64,000 bases of DNA from assembly GCA_963758345.1 (NCBI GenBank), contig CAVWVD010000009.1:3077-67076 (forward strand). The letters run 5' to 3'. The notes below the pieces were generated by a model that had not been told where the DNA came from, made no database searches, and saw only the letters and a list, made by a program, of their open reading frames with translations. The translations under genes were made by a program, and so were the position numbers. Each line of letters starts with the position of its first letter. Within the stretch, counting starts at the first letter, position 1. Below are positions 37,061 to 45,560 of the stretch, one piece after another. This DNA comes from an uncultured Thermoleophilia bacterium. Its GTDB lineage: Bacteria > Actinomycetota > Thermoleophilia > Gaiellales > Gaiellaceae.

Positions 37061-38083
37061 TTGACCGACACCCCGACCATCCGACCCATTCGCGAGGGGG
37101 ACGTGAAGGACCTTGCGATCGAGCGCGCCGCCTACGAGATCAGGCGCGTGATCGCGGGCCAGGACACGCTCCTGGAGCGCACCTTCGTCGCCCTGCTCGC
37201 CGGCGGGCACCTCCTCATCGAGGGCGTCCCCGGCCTGGCGAAGACGCTCACGATCAAGACGACCGCCGCCGTCCTCGGCGGCACATTCCAGCGCATCCAG
37301 TTCACGCCCGACCTCGTCCCCTCGGACCTCGTCGGCACGCGCGTCTACCGGCCCGACCACGCGGAGTTCGACACCGAGCTTGGCCCCGTCTTCTGCAACT
37401 TCCTGCTCGCCGACGAGATCAACCGCGCGCCGGCGAAGGTGCAGTCGGCGCTGCTCGAGGTGATGCAGGAGCGCACCGTCACGCTCGGCAAGCAGACCCA
37501 CCCCGTGCCGTCGCCGTTCCTCGTGATGGCGACCCAGAACCCGATCGAGTCGGAGGGCACGTACCAGCTGCCCGAGGCGCAGCTCGACCGCTTCATGCTC
37601 AAGGTGCTCGTCGACTACCCGTCCCCCGAGGACGAGTACGTCGTCATCGACCGCGCGCTCGCGGGCGCCGTCGAGGTCGAGGAGACGCTGACGCTCGAGG
37701 AGCTCGCGCGCCTGCAGGAAGCCGTCCGGCGCGTGTACGTCGACCCGGCGCTCGTCCGCTACGCGCAGTGGCTCGCCTATGCGACGCGGCACATGGAGCA
37801 TGCGGGCCTCGGCGAGCTCGACCACTACGTCGAGTACGGCGTCAGCCCTCGCGGGCCGATCAACCTCGCGCTCGCCGCCCGTGCGCTCGCGCTGCTGCGC
37901 GGCCGCTCGTACGTGGTCGCGCAGGACATGCGCGAGCTGATGAAGGACGTGTTCCGCCACCGGCTCGTGCTCAGCTACGAGGCGATCGCGGACGACGTCT
38001 CGCCGGACACGGTGCTCGACCGCGTGCTGGCGGCCGTTCCCGTGCCCGAGCAGGACTTCGTCCGGCAGGAGGCCGCGTCGTGA
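37061..38083 (+). CDS. MoxR-family AAA+ ATPase
   Basis: Frame of ORF 36878..38083 from TTG 37061, with LLIEGVPGLAKT (Walker A), FLLADEINRAP (Walker B) and VMATQNP. Confidence 0.9.
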   Translation: MTDTPTIRPIREGDVKDLAIERAAYEIRRVIAGQDTLLERTFVALLAGGHLLIEGVPGLAKTLTIKTTAAVLGGTFQRIQFTPDLVPSDLVGTRVYRPDHAEFDTELGPVFCNFLLADEINRAPAKVQSALLEVMQERTVTLGKQTHPVPSPFLVMATQNPIESEGTYQLPEAQLDRFMLKVLVDYPSPEDEYVVIDRALAGAVEVEETLTLEELARLQEAVRRVYVDPALVRYAQWLAYATRHMEHAGLGELDHYVEYGVSPRGPINLALAARALALLRGRSYVVAQDMRELMKDVFRHRLVLSYEAIADDVSPDTVLDRVLAAVPVPEQDFVRQEAAS

Positions 38084-39012
38084 GCGTCGTCCAGCTCACC
38101 CGCCGCGAGCGGACACCGGAGCGCCCGGGCCCCGGCCCGCTGCGCGACGGGCATCTCCGCAAGCTCGACCTGACCGTCCGCCGGCGCGTGGACGGGATCC
38201 TGCTCGGCGACCACCGGGCGACGATGCTCGGCGACGGCACCGAGCTCGCCCAGGTGCGGCCGTACGAGGTCGGCGACGACGTTCGCAAGATCGACTGGAA
38301 CGTCACCGCGCGGACGGGCGAGGCGCATGTGCGCGCGCACGTCGCCGAGCGATCCGTCCGCACCTGGCTGATGCTCGACACGTCGCCCTCGATGACGTTC
38401 GGGACGGCCGACCGGCGCAAGTGGGACGTCGCCGAGGGCGTCGCGCTGGCGGTCGGCCACGTGGCGACTCGCCGCGGCAACCGCCTCGCGATCGCGACGT
38501 TCGGCGACCACACCCCGCTCGTCTACCCGGACCGGCAGGGCCGGCGCGGCCTGCTCGGACTGCTTCACGCGCTGCGCAACGAGCCGGGCGACGAGCCGAC
38601 CGGGCCCACGTCGTTCGCGGCCGCCTGCGACCGTGCGGCGCGGCTCGTGCGCCGCCGCTCGCTCGTGGTCGCGGTCTCGGACTTCCGCGGCCCGCTCGAC
38701 TGGCGCAAGGCGCTGCTCCGGCTTGCGGCCCGCCACGATGTCGTCGCGGTGGAGATCCGCGACCAGCGCGAGCAGGAGCTGCCGGACGTCGGGACGATCT
38801 GGATGGTCGATCCCGAGACGCGGCAGCAGCTCCAGGTCGACACGCGCGACAAGCGCATGCGCGAGCGGTTCGCCGAGACGGCCGCGGCCGAGCGCGAGGA
38901 GCTCGCGCACACGTTCAAGGCGGCCGGCGTGCCGCACGTGGTCGTGTCCACCTCGGGCGACTGGCTCAAGACGCTCGTCCGCTTCCTGGAGATGGAGAGG
39001 AGGCGGCGATGA
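38080..39012 (+). CDS. DUF58 domain protein (MoxR partner)
   Basis: GTGA overlap with moxR. The motif is VRPYEVGDDVRKIDWNVTARTGEAHV. Confidence 0.85.
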   Translation: MSVVQLTRRERTPERPGPGPLRDGHLRKLDLTVRRRVDGILLGDHRATMLGDGTELAQVRPYEVGDDVRKIDWNVTARTGEAHVRAHVAERSVRTWLMLDTSPSMTFGTADRRKWDVAEGVALAVGHVATRRGNRLAIATFGDHTPLVYPDRQGRRGLLGLLHALRNEPGDEPTGPTSFAAACDRAARLVRRRSLVVAVSDFRGPLDWRKALLRLAARHDVVAVEIRDQREQELPDVGTIWMVDPETRQQLQVDTRDKRMRERFAETAAAEREELAHTFKAAGVPHVVVSTSGDWLKTLVRFLEMERRRR

Positions 39013-39977
39013 CCTTCGCGACTCCCATCGCGCTGGCGGCGCTCGTCCTCGTCCCCGCGCTGCTGGTGGCCTACCTGGTCGTCCAGCGCCGCCGGGTCAA
39101 GTACGCCGTGCGCTTCACGAACCTCGCGCTGCTCGCCAACGTGGTGGATCGCTCGCCGCGCTGGCGGCGGCACGTGCCGCCGCTCCTGATCCTCGTGGCG
39201 CTCGCCGCGCTGATCGCCGGGATCGCACGGCCGCAGTGGGCGCACGCGGTGCCGCGCAAGCAGGGCACGGTCATCCTGACCATCGACCGGTCGGGCTCCA
39301 TGCTCGCGACCGACGTGTCGCCGAACCGCATGGCGGCTGCAAAGGCCGCAGCGGCCACCTTCATCAAGGGGCTGCCGAGCGGCTTCAAGGTCGGTCTCGT
39401 CTCGTTCTCCGACAAGGCGGACGTCAACCTGCCGCCAACCTCGGACCACGAGGAGGCGCTGCGGGCGCTCAACTCCATCCAGGCCGAGAACGGCACGGCG
39501 CTCGGCGACGCGATCTCGCGCTCGGTGAACGTCGGGCTCGCGACCATCAACGCCAAGATCGCGCCGAAGGGGACGCCGCTCGTGGTGGTCGTCCTGTCCG
39601 ACGGCGCCAGCACGACGGGCGACCAGACGCCGCTCCAGGCGGCCGACCAGGCGAAGACGGCGAAGGTGCCGGTCTACACGGTCGCGCTCGGCACCCAGAA
39701 CGGCACGATCACGATCAACGGGCCGAACGGCGACACGCGCGTCTACAACGTGCCGCCCGATCCGACGACGCTGCGCGCCGTCGCCCAGACGACCGGCGGG
39801 AAGTTCTTCGAGGCGGCAGACGCCAAATCGCTGAAGAGCATCTACAGCGGCATCGGCAAGACGGTCGGCACGAAGATCGAGAAGCGCGAGCTGTCCTCCG
39901 CCTTCACCGGCGCCGGCGCGGTCGTGCTGCTGCTCGGCTCGGCCCTCTCGCTCGCCTGGTTCAACAGGCTGCCGTAG
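39009..39977 (+). CDS. VWA domain membrane protein (BatA-like)
   Basis: ATGA overlap with the upstream gene. It has N- and C-terminal TM segments and a MIDAS-type motif, LTIDRSGSM. Confidence 0.85.
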   Translation: MTFATPIALAALVLVPALLVAYLVVQRRRVKYAVRFTNLALLANVVDRSPRWRRHVPPLLILVALAALIAGIARPQWAHAVPRKQGTVILTIDRSGSMLATDVSPNRMAAAKAAAATFIKGLPSGFKVGLVSFSDKADVNLPPTSDHEEALRALNSIQAENGTALGDAISRSVNVGLATINAKIAPKGTPLVVVVLSDGASTTGDQTPLQAADQAKTAKVPVYTVALGTQNGTITINGPNGDTRVYNVPPDPTTLRAVAQTTGGKFFEAADAKSLKSIYSGIGKTVGTKIEKRELSSAFTGAGAVVLLLGSALSLAWFNRLP

Positions 39978-40060
39978 CTCGCAGGTGATTCACAGCCGGC
40001 CCTGACGCCTCGCGCAGGGCCGGCTTGCACCCTTTCCACGACACGAGAAAGGAGGCATGC

Positions 40061-40378
40061 ATGAACGAAGCCGAGTCCCCCGAGACTGCCGAAGCCGTCG
40101 AGCCGAGGCCCGGCCTTCCGGTGATCTGGTTCGCGGTGCTCGCTGCGCTCATCGCCGCAGGGATCTGGGCGACGGTGGCGATGGCGGCAGGCGGCTCCGG
40201 CTCGAGCGGGTCGAGCGGGTCGAGCCCGCCGGCCGCGTACTCGCCGTACGCCGCCGACAGCGCCACCCGGGGCGACTGCCCCGACCACAACGGCGGCGGT
40301 GGCGGTGGATCGACGACGCCGAACTCGGCACCGGCGACGCCGTCACAGCAGGACGGGTCGTCGAACCCGTCGCTCTAG
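40061..40378 (+). CDS. Small single-TM protein with Gly/Ser-rich tail
   Basis: ATG 40061 lies 5 nt after GGAGG. The TM segment is VIWFAVLAALIAAGIWATVAMAA and the tail is low complexity (GSGSSGSSGSS, GGGGGG). Confidence 0.5.
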   Translation: MNEAESPETAEAVEPRPGLPVIWFAVLAALIAAGIWATVAMAAGGSGSSGSSGSSPPAAYSPYAADSATRGDCPDHNGGGGGGSTTPNSAPATPSQQDGSSNPSL

Positions 40379-40530
40379 ATCACCACGCTCCACCGGCCGG
40401 CGCCGGACGGCCGGTGGCTCCTCGTCGCCCGGCACAACACAGCCTGTACGCGCCGCCTCGTGGTCAGCGACGCCGTAGGCTCGCTTCGGGCGGTTCGACT
40501 CGTCCGCCAGCCGAAGGAAAGGATGCCCCG

Positions 40531-40827
40531 ATGCTCTTTCACGTCACCTGGGAATTCGTCGACACGAGCGAGGACGGCATTCGCCGGTCGCTCGAAGTCT
40601 TCTCGAACTGGCAGCCGCCGGCCGGCGCGGAGTTCAAGGGCTTCTACGGCTTCGTGGATGGTCGCGGAGGTGTGGCCCTGATCGAGGCGGATGGTGCTGC
40701 GAGTCTCGCCCGCACGACTGCGCCCTGGTCGCCGTGGCTGCGCTTCACGATGACTCCGATCGTGCCGATCGAGGAGTCGTCCGCGATCGCCGGAGAGGCA
40801 GTCGGCTTCCGCGATTCGGTCGGCTAG
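40531..40827 (+). CDS. DUF3303-like small protein
   Basis: ATG 40531 follows GAAGGAAAGGA. It reads MLFHVTWEFVDTSEDGIRRSLEVFSNWQPPAGAEFKGFYGFVDG. The family name is from memory. Confidence 0.6.
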   Translation: MLFHVTWEFVDTSEDGIRRSLEVFSNWQPPAGAEFKGFYGFVDGRGGVALIEADGAASLARTTAPWSPWLRFTMTPIVPIEESSAIAGEAVGFRDSVG

Positions 40828-40904
40828 GCAGCGGATGCGTGCGTAGGCAAACACGCGCCGCCGGCCGGCCGGCCGGCGCGGCCGGCCGGTGGCGAGCATC
40901 CTGG

Positions 40905-42614
40905 TCAGCCCACGACGTCGAAGCTGAACATCATCCCGCTCTCGTGATGCTCGGCGATGTGGCAGTGCGCCATCCAGCGGCCCTCGTTCGTGACGTCGAG
41001 GAGGATGTCCACCGTCTCGCCGGCCCGCAGGAGCACCGTGTCTTTCCAGACCAGGTTCTGCTCGGGCACGCCGTCCCGCGCGAGGATCACGAACCGCCCC
41101 GCGCCGTGGATGTGGAACGGATGGTGCATCGGGTGATCGCCCTCCATCGCGTTCACCAGGCGCAGCTTCACGCGGTCGCCGACCCGGAACTGCCAGGCGA
41201 TCTCGTGGTTGGCGGCTCCCGTGTCGCGGTCGACGATGCTCCAGCGCGTGTTCGCCGAGGTCGTCATCCGGTTGACGTCGACCATGTCGTCCTCCCACTC
41301 GATGCCGTCGCCGGCGTCGTGCGACTCGTGCTCGTGATGACCGTGATCGTGCTCGTGGTGCCCGCCCGACTGCTGCACGACCGACTCGGGCAGCAGCTTC
41401 ATGCCGCACTTCGGGCAGGTGTCCGGCGTCTCGCTGACCACGTCCGGGTGCATGGGGCACACGTACCGCTGCGGCGCCGCCGTCGCGAGCAGCTTCATCC
41501 CGCACTTGGGACAGCTGCCCTGCTCGTCGCTCACGACCTCGGGGTGCATCGGGCACGCGTAGACGACCGGGCCGTCCGGGACGCCCAGGTTCAGCTCGGC
41601 GACGAAGCCCAGCGTCCTGTCGGGAGCCGCGTCGACGTACGGAGCCAGCCGCTCCCGCTCGGCGGCCCATTCCGGGTTCTCGCGCAGCGTCTCGAAGTCG
41701 AGCGGCTCCACCTGCTCGGCTGAGACCTCCACGCGCGCCAGGTCGTACGTCCGCCCGGGCGTGCGATGCTCGAGCATCACGACGCCGGGTTCCGCGAAGA
41801 GCACGTCCACCACGGCCCGCTCCGACGGCGCGAGCACGACCGACTCGACGAGCTCGTCTCGCTCGCAGCGGCCGCTGTCGCCCCCGACGAGCTTCATGCG
41901 CGCGCCGGCAAGAGCGACGTTGAACACCCGCGTGTTGGCGGTGTTCGTGAGGAAGAAGCGCACGACCTCGCCGGCCCGCGCCGCGAGCGCCGGCTCGCTC
42001 TCGCCGCCGACGAGGAAGACATTCCCGAACCGCCCCATGGCGGCGTGCGTCGTCTCGTCCGGGCTGAACGGCGCGATCTTGCCGTCCTCGATCAGGACGT
42101 CGTCGAGCGTGAGCGTGACCTCGCGGTGCGCCGGCGGCCAGTAGCCTGCCTCGGCCGGCTCGACGACGATGTTCCCGTAGAGGCCGAGCTCCTGGCCGTA
42201 GTCCTCGCGGACGTGCGGGTGGTACCAGTAGACGCCCGGGTCGGGAAACGTCAGCTCGTACGCGAACGAGCCGCCGACGGGGATCGGTGCCTGCGTCTCG
42301 TGCGTGCCGTCGTAGCGGTTGTCGAGCCGCAGCCCGTGCCAGTGGACGGTGTTCGCGAGGTCGCCCTCGTTCGTCACGTTCACGGTGATGCGCGAGCCCT
42401 CGCGGACCCTCAGCGTCGGGCCGGGGATGGAGCCGTTGTACGCGAGCATCCGCAACGTGTCGTCGCCGATTCGCTTGGCGACCGGCTCGATCGTGAGGTC
42501 GACGCTGCCGCCCTCGGCGACGGTCACGTCGCCGGTCGCGCGCGCCGTGTCGAGGCCGGCCGTCTCGGTGGGGAAGGTCGCGGCCGCGTGGTGGTCGTGA
42601 TCGTGATGATCCAT
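40905..42614 (-). CDS. Multicopper oxidase with two inserted CPMHPxV...CPKCGMKL metal-binding modules and a His-rich tract
   Basis: From ATG 42614 (AAGGAG upstream). Copper sites are HWHG, HPFHIHG and HCHIAEHHESGMM. The insert at 41394..41561 is YACPMHPEVVSDEQGSCPKCGMKL followed by YVCPMHPDVVSETPDTCPKCGMKL. The His tract is GGHHEHDHGHHEHESHD. The N-terminus MDHHDHDHH has no signal peptide. Confidence 0.85.
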   Translation of the reverse strand: MDHHDHDHHAAATFPTETAGLDTARATGDVTVAEGGSVDLTIEPVAKRIGDDTLRMLAYNGSIPGPTLRVREGSRITVNVTNEGDLANTVHWHGLRLDNRYDGTHETQAPIPVGGSFAYELTFPDPGVYWYHPHVREDYGQELGLYGNIVVEPAEAGYWPPAHREVTLTLDDVLIEDGKIAPFSPDETTHAAMGRFGNVFLVGGESEPALAARAGEVVRFFLTNTANTRVFNVALAGARMKLVGGDSGRCERDELVESVVLAPSERAVVDVLFAEPGVVMLEHRTPGRTYDLARVEVSAEQVEPLDFETLRENPEWAAERERLAPYVDAAPDRTLGFVAELNLGVPDGPVVYACPMHPEVVSDEQGSCPKCGMKLLATAAPQRYVCPMHPDVVSETPDTCPKCGMKLLPESVVQQSGGHHEHDHGHHEHESHDAGDGIEWEDDMVDVNRMTTSANTRWSIVDRDTGAANHEIAWQFRVGDRVKLRLVNAMEGDHPMHHPFHIHGAGRFVILARDGVPEQNLVWKDTVLLRAGETVDILLDVTNEGRWMAHCHIAEHHESGMMFSFDVVG

Positions 42615-42619
42615 GTCAG

Positions 42620-43283
42620 GCTCCTTGGGGGACAGGCTCGCGCTTCGGAGCGCGAGCCGCAATCTGGTCTGCGATGAACTCGGCGTCGTCCTCGACGAAG
42701 CCGATGAGGGCCGACCGGTCGCCCAGATGACGGCGTCGACGGCCAGCTCGGAGCCGTCGGCGAAGGTGACGGTGCGCCCGCTTGCGGGGCCGGTCTCGAT
42801 CCGCTCGAAGCCGAGACGTTCCAGGGGTTCGACGTACGCTGCTTCCAGCCGGCGCTGGCCGGCGCCGATCACGGCGACGTCCAGGTGCTCGCCGCCCGTG
42901 TCATGGGTGCGTCGCATCAGGTTGTGACCCTTTCGATTGTCGCGGGTGGGCTGCAGTGCGCGCCCCGTGGCCGCTGCCTGCGCATGCCAGGGTAACGCGG
43001 GGTGACGTTCCGGGAGGTTTGCGTACGCTGCTTCCAGCAGCGCGGCGATTCAGCCGGTCCACAGGCCGATGTTGCGCCGGCCCTCGCTCACCGGACGCTG
43101 GATCGTGACGTCGGCGATCTGCAGCCGGCCGCCCGGCACGAGAACGCGGTGCAGCTTGGAGAACACCGCGTCCTTGTCGGGGACCATGATGAAGTCGCGC
43201 TCCGGCTCGGCGGAGACGGTCGAGTAGGTCTTCTTGATCTCGCTCTCGAGCAGCGCGACGCCGATGTCGGCGTCCACGGCCAT
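42620..43283 (-). pseudogene. Rearranged ArsM-like SAM-methyltransferase remnant(s) with an in-frame TGA at a conserved Cys position
   Basis: ATG 43283 (TGATG coupling to dsrE) reads MAVDADIGVALLESEIKKTYSTVSAEPERDF-IMVPDKDAVFSKLHRVLVPGGRLQIADV...GLWTG-TGA(43050..43052)-IAALLEAAYANL... The SAM-binding motif I is missing. A second partial copy reads ...VIGAGQRRLEAAYVEPLERLGFERIETG...AVDAVIWATGRP. A 35-nt direct repeat occurs at 42815..42849 and 43004..43038. Confidence 0.55.
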
Positions 43284-43657
43284 CAGTAGCTGAACACGGT
43301 CGCAGCACCGTCGCCGATCCAGTCCCAGAGCGGCGTCGCTCCGGCCAGGCGCGCGTTGGAGACCAGCGCGCTCTCGTCGAGCTTCCTCGAGTTGAAGCAG
43401 ATCGGGCAGACGAGCAGCTCGCCGCCGCCGTCTGCGTACTGCTGGAACAGCCGTGCAAGCGGCGGGCACCCCTCGCACGCGACCCCGTCGGCGTAGCCCG
43501 GGAGGCCGACTCGCACCGCTTCCTTGGTGAGGAACATCGCGACCTGCTTCCCCTTCTCGACGGCAGCGCCGCCGACGAGGAACGCGATCATCACGCGCTC
43601 GGTGTCCTCGAGCCCCGTTGCCAGGTTGATCACGACCTTGTCTGTGTTGACGGGCAT
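43283..43657 (-). CDS. DsrE/DsrF-like sulfur-relay family protein
   Basis: ORF 43283..43657 reads MPVNTDKVVINLATGLEDTERVMIAFLVGGAA...LLVCPICF. Confidence 0.75.
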   Translation of the reverse strand: MPVNTDKVVINLATGLEDTERVMIAFLVGGAAVEKGKQVAMFLTKEAVRVGLPGYADGVACEGCPPLARLFQQYADGGGELLVCPICFNSRKLDESALVSNARLAGATPLWDWIGDGAATVFSY

Positions 43658-43819
43658 TGCGCGCTCCTTTCGTCAGAGGACATCGCCGGCCGGGATCGGG
43701 TCTGCCGGCGCCGTGCGTACGCGCTGCAGCTGTGCGGGGAGGCGTGCGAGCCGCGCCTGCGGCCACTCCCAGGCGGCAGAACCTCGTACGCGTCTTGCAT
43801 CGCTCGACTCCTTCCTGGG

Positions 43820-43924
43820 TTAGGTGACCGAGACAGGATGCAGGGCGGTTCGACGCCACGGCGTCGCGGCGACGGCGAGCCCACCACAGGAGCCGGCGTC
43901 GTTCAGGAACGGGCGCAGCAGCAT
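43820..43924 (-). pseudogene. Possible remnant of an MBL-fold (persulfide-dioxygenase-like) gene
   Basis: A 34-codon ORF starts 10 nt after the ArsR-rhodanese stop: MLLRPFLNDAGSC GGLAVAATPW... It resembles only the first ~25 residues of MBL hydrolases that commonly follow ArsR/BigR-type regulators. The evidence is weak. Confidence 0.25.
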
Positions 43925-43934
43925 CGCTCACCCC

Positions 43935-44597
43935 TCAGCTCGCGACCTCGACGGGCAGCCCGGCGCGTCGCCATTCGGGAAAGCCGACGTCGAGCCGGCG
44001 CGCTTCGCGCCCACGTGCGCGCAGCAGGCGGACGGCGTCGTCGGCGTAGACGCAGTAGGGGCCGCGGCAGTACGCGACGATCTCGCTCCGCCGGAGCTCG
44101 GAGACGAGGGATTCGAGCGCCGTCAGGGGCGCCGACCGCGCGCCCGCGATGTGACCGGCCCGGTACTCCGCCTCCGGCCGCACGTCGAGGACGACGACCT
44201 CGCCGCGCTCGATCCGCTCGTGCAGCTCGGCCGCGGAGAGGCGCTCGGTCCCGTCGCGGTCGCCGAGGTACTCGTCGGCGAGCACGTTGACGTCCGCGAC
44301 GTGGCGCACTGCCACCTCGCGCACCGCCGCCCAGAGGTCGCCGACCCGGTCGCTCGCGAGGCGGTAGAAGACGCGCGTCCCGTCGCGCCGCGTGTGGACC
44401 AGGCCCGCGCGCGCGAGCACCTGGAGGTGCTGCGAGGTGTTCGCAGAGCTGTGCGAGATCTCGGCGGCGATCTCCTCGACCGAGCGCTCGCCCTGCGCGA
44501 GCACGTCGACGATCTCAGCGCGGCGGCCGCTTCCGAGAGCCTGCGCTACCGACGCCAGTGCATCGAAGAGCGCTGCCCTGGCTGTGGTGCTCGCCAC
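43935..44597 (-). CDS. ArsR-family HTH fused to a rhodanese domain
   Basis: ORF 43935..44597. The HTH is RAEIVDVLAQGERSVEEIAAEISHSSANTSQHLQVLARAGLV. The rhodanese part has VVVLDVRPEAEYRAGHIAGA and the active-site loop AYCRGPYC. Confidence 0.85.
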   Translation of the reverse strand: MASTTARAALFDALASVAQALGSGRRAEIVDVLAQGERSVEEIAAEISHSSANTSQHLQVLARAGLVHTRRDGTRVFYRLASDRVGDLWAAVREVAVRHVADVNVLADEYLGDRDGTERLSAAELHERIERGEVVVLDVRPEAEYRAGHIAGARSAPLTALESLVSELRRSEIVAYCRGPYCVYADDAVRLLRARGREARRLDVGFPEWRRAGLPVEVAS

Positions 44598-44720
44598 CTA
44601 TTCAAGTTATCGCTTGACGAATTGAGATGTCAGGCCCTCGGGAACGCGCCGAACGGTTCTAGGGTCGGTCCAGGGTCATTCCGGATTGCCCGGGCCGGCT
44701 GTGACCGGCAGGCTCGTGGC

Positions 44721-45560
44721 ATGAGCGAACACACCACACATATCCAGAGCATCAAGCGGCTCGAGCGTCCATCCGACGGCGGCATGATCGCCGGCGTCTC
44801 CGCGGGCCTCGGCCGGTACTTCGACATCACTCCGACCGTCTTCCGGCTCGCGTTCGTCGTCCTGGCTTTGCTCGGCGGCGCGGGCATCCTCGTCTACATC
44901 GCGGCGGCCCTCGTCATGCCGAGGGAGGGCGAGGCGCAGTCCTTCGCCGAGCAGGCGCTGTCGCAGCGGCGCGAGCATCCCTGGCGACTCGTCGCCCTCG
45001 GGCTGATCGCCATCGCGATCCTCTCCGTGCTGTCCCGGGCGGACACCTGGCCGAGCGCCGGGACCGCCTGGTTCATCGCCGTCGTCGGCCTGATCGTCCT
45101 GGCCGTCACCAGCGTGCGGCGCTGGCGGCCGCTCGTCGTCGCGATCGTGGCCACCGTGGCCGCGCTGGCGGCGCTCACCGCGGCCGCCGTCGCGATTGCG
45201 TTCTCCATGTTCGACGTGTCGCTGAACGACGGCGTCGGCGACCGCAGCTACCGGCCCGCGACCGTCGTCGGTGTTCACGACCGCTACGAGCTCGGCATCG
45301 GCAAGCTCCAGATCGACCTCTCGAACCTGCCGGCGAACCGGCACGTCGAGATGACGGCGAAGGTCGGCATGGGCGACCTGAAGGTCATCGTCCCGCGCGA
45401 CGCTTCCGTGGCCGTCGACGCGAGCGCCAGGGCGGGCTCGATCGACGTGCTCGGCGAGGAGGACGACGGCAGCCACGCGCACGTCGTCACGGGCGAGGGC
45501 GGCTACGTGCTCGACCTGCACGTGGGTGCGGGCAAGGTGCTCGTCGAGCGGGCACCGTGA
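44721..45560 (+). CDS. PspC domain-containing membrane protein
   Basis: Tail of ORF 43824..45560 from ATG 44721, with RPSDGGMIAGVSAGLGRYFDITPTVFRLAFVVLALLGGAGILVYIAAALVMP. Confidence 0.85.
   Translation: MSEHTTHIQSIKRLERPSDGGMIAGVSAGLGRYFDITPTVFRLAFVVLALLGGAGILVYIAAALVMPREGEAQSFAEQALSQRREHPWRLVALGLIAIAILSVLSRADTWPSAGTAWFIAVVGLIVLAVTSVRRWRPLVVAIVATVAALAALTAAAVAIAFSMFDVSLNDGVGDRSYRPATVVGVHDRYELGIGKLQIDLSNLPANRHVEMTAKVGMGDLKVIVPRDASVAVDASARAGSIDVLGEEDDGSHAHVVTGEGGYVLDLHVGAGKVLVERAP

Noticed and set aside
40190-40230. Tandem 9-nt repeat (GAGCGGGTC x3), the GCCGG-rich tract at 40861..40900 and the ACC/ACG tract at 50281..50350, considered as CRISPR or VNTR candidates.
   Set aside because: They are short. 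They encode low-complexity Gly/Ser or Thr/Pro linkers inside ORFs, or form a convergent-gene hairpin. There is no repeat-spacer architecture.
42620-42917. Remnant of an FAD-dependent pyridine-nucleotide oxidoreductase (VAVIGAGQ ... AVDAVIWATGRP).
   Set aside because: On closer reading the segment GQRRLEAAYVEPLERLGFERIETG...WATGRP fits the C-terminal end of ArsM-like methyltransferases better. It duplicates the sequence following the TGA at 43050, so I folded it into the ArsM-like remnant.
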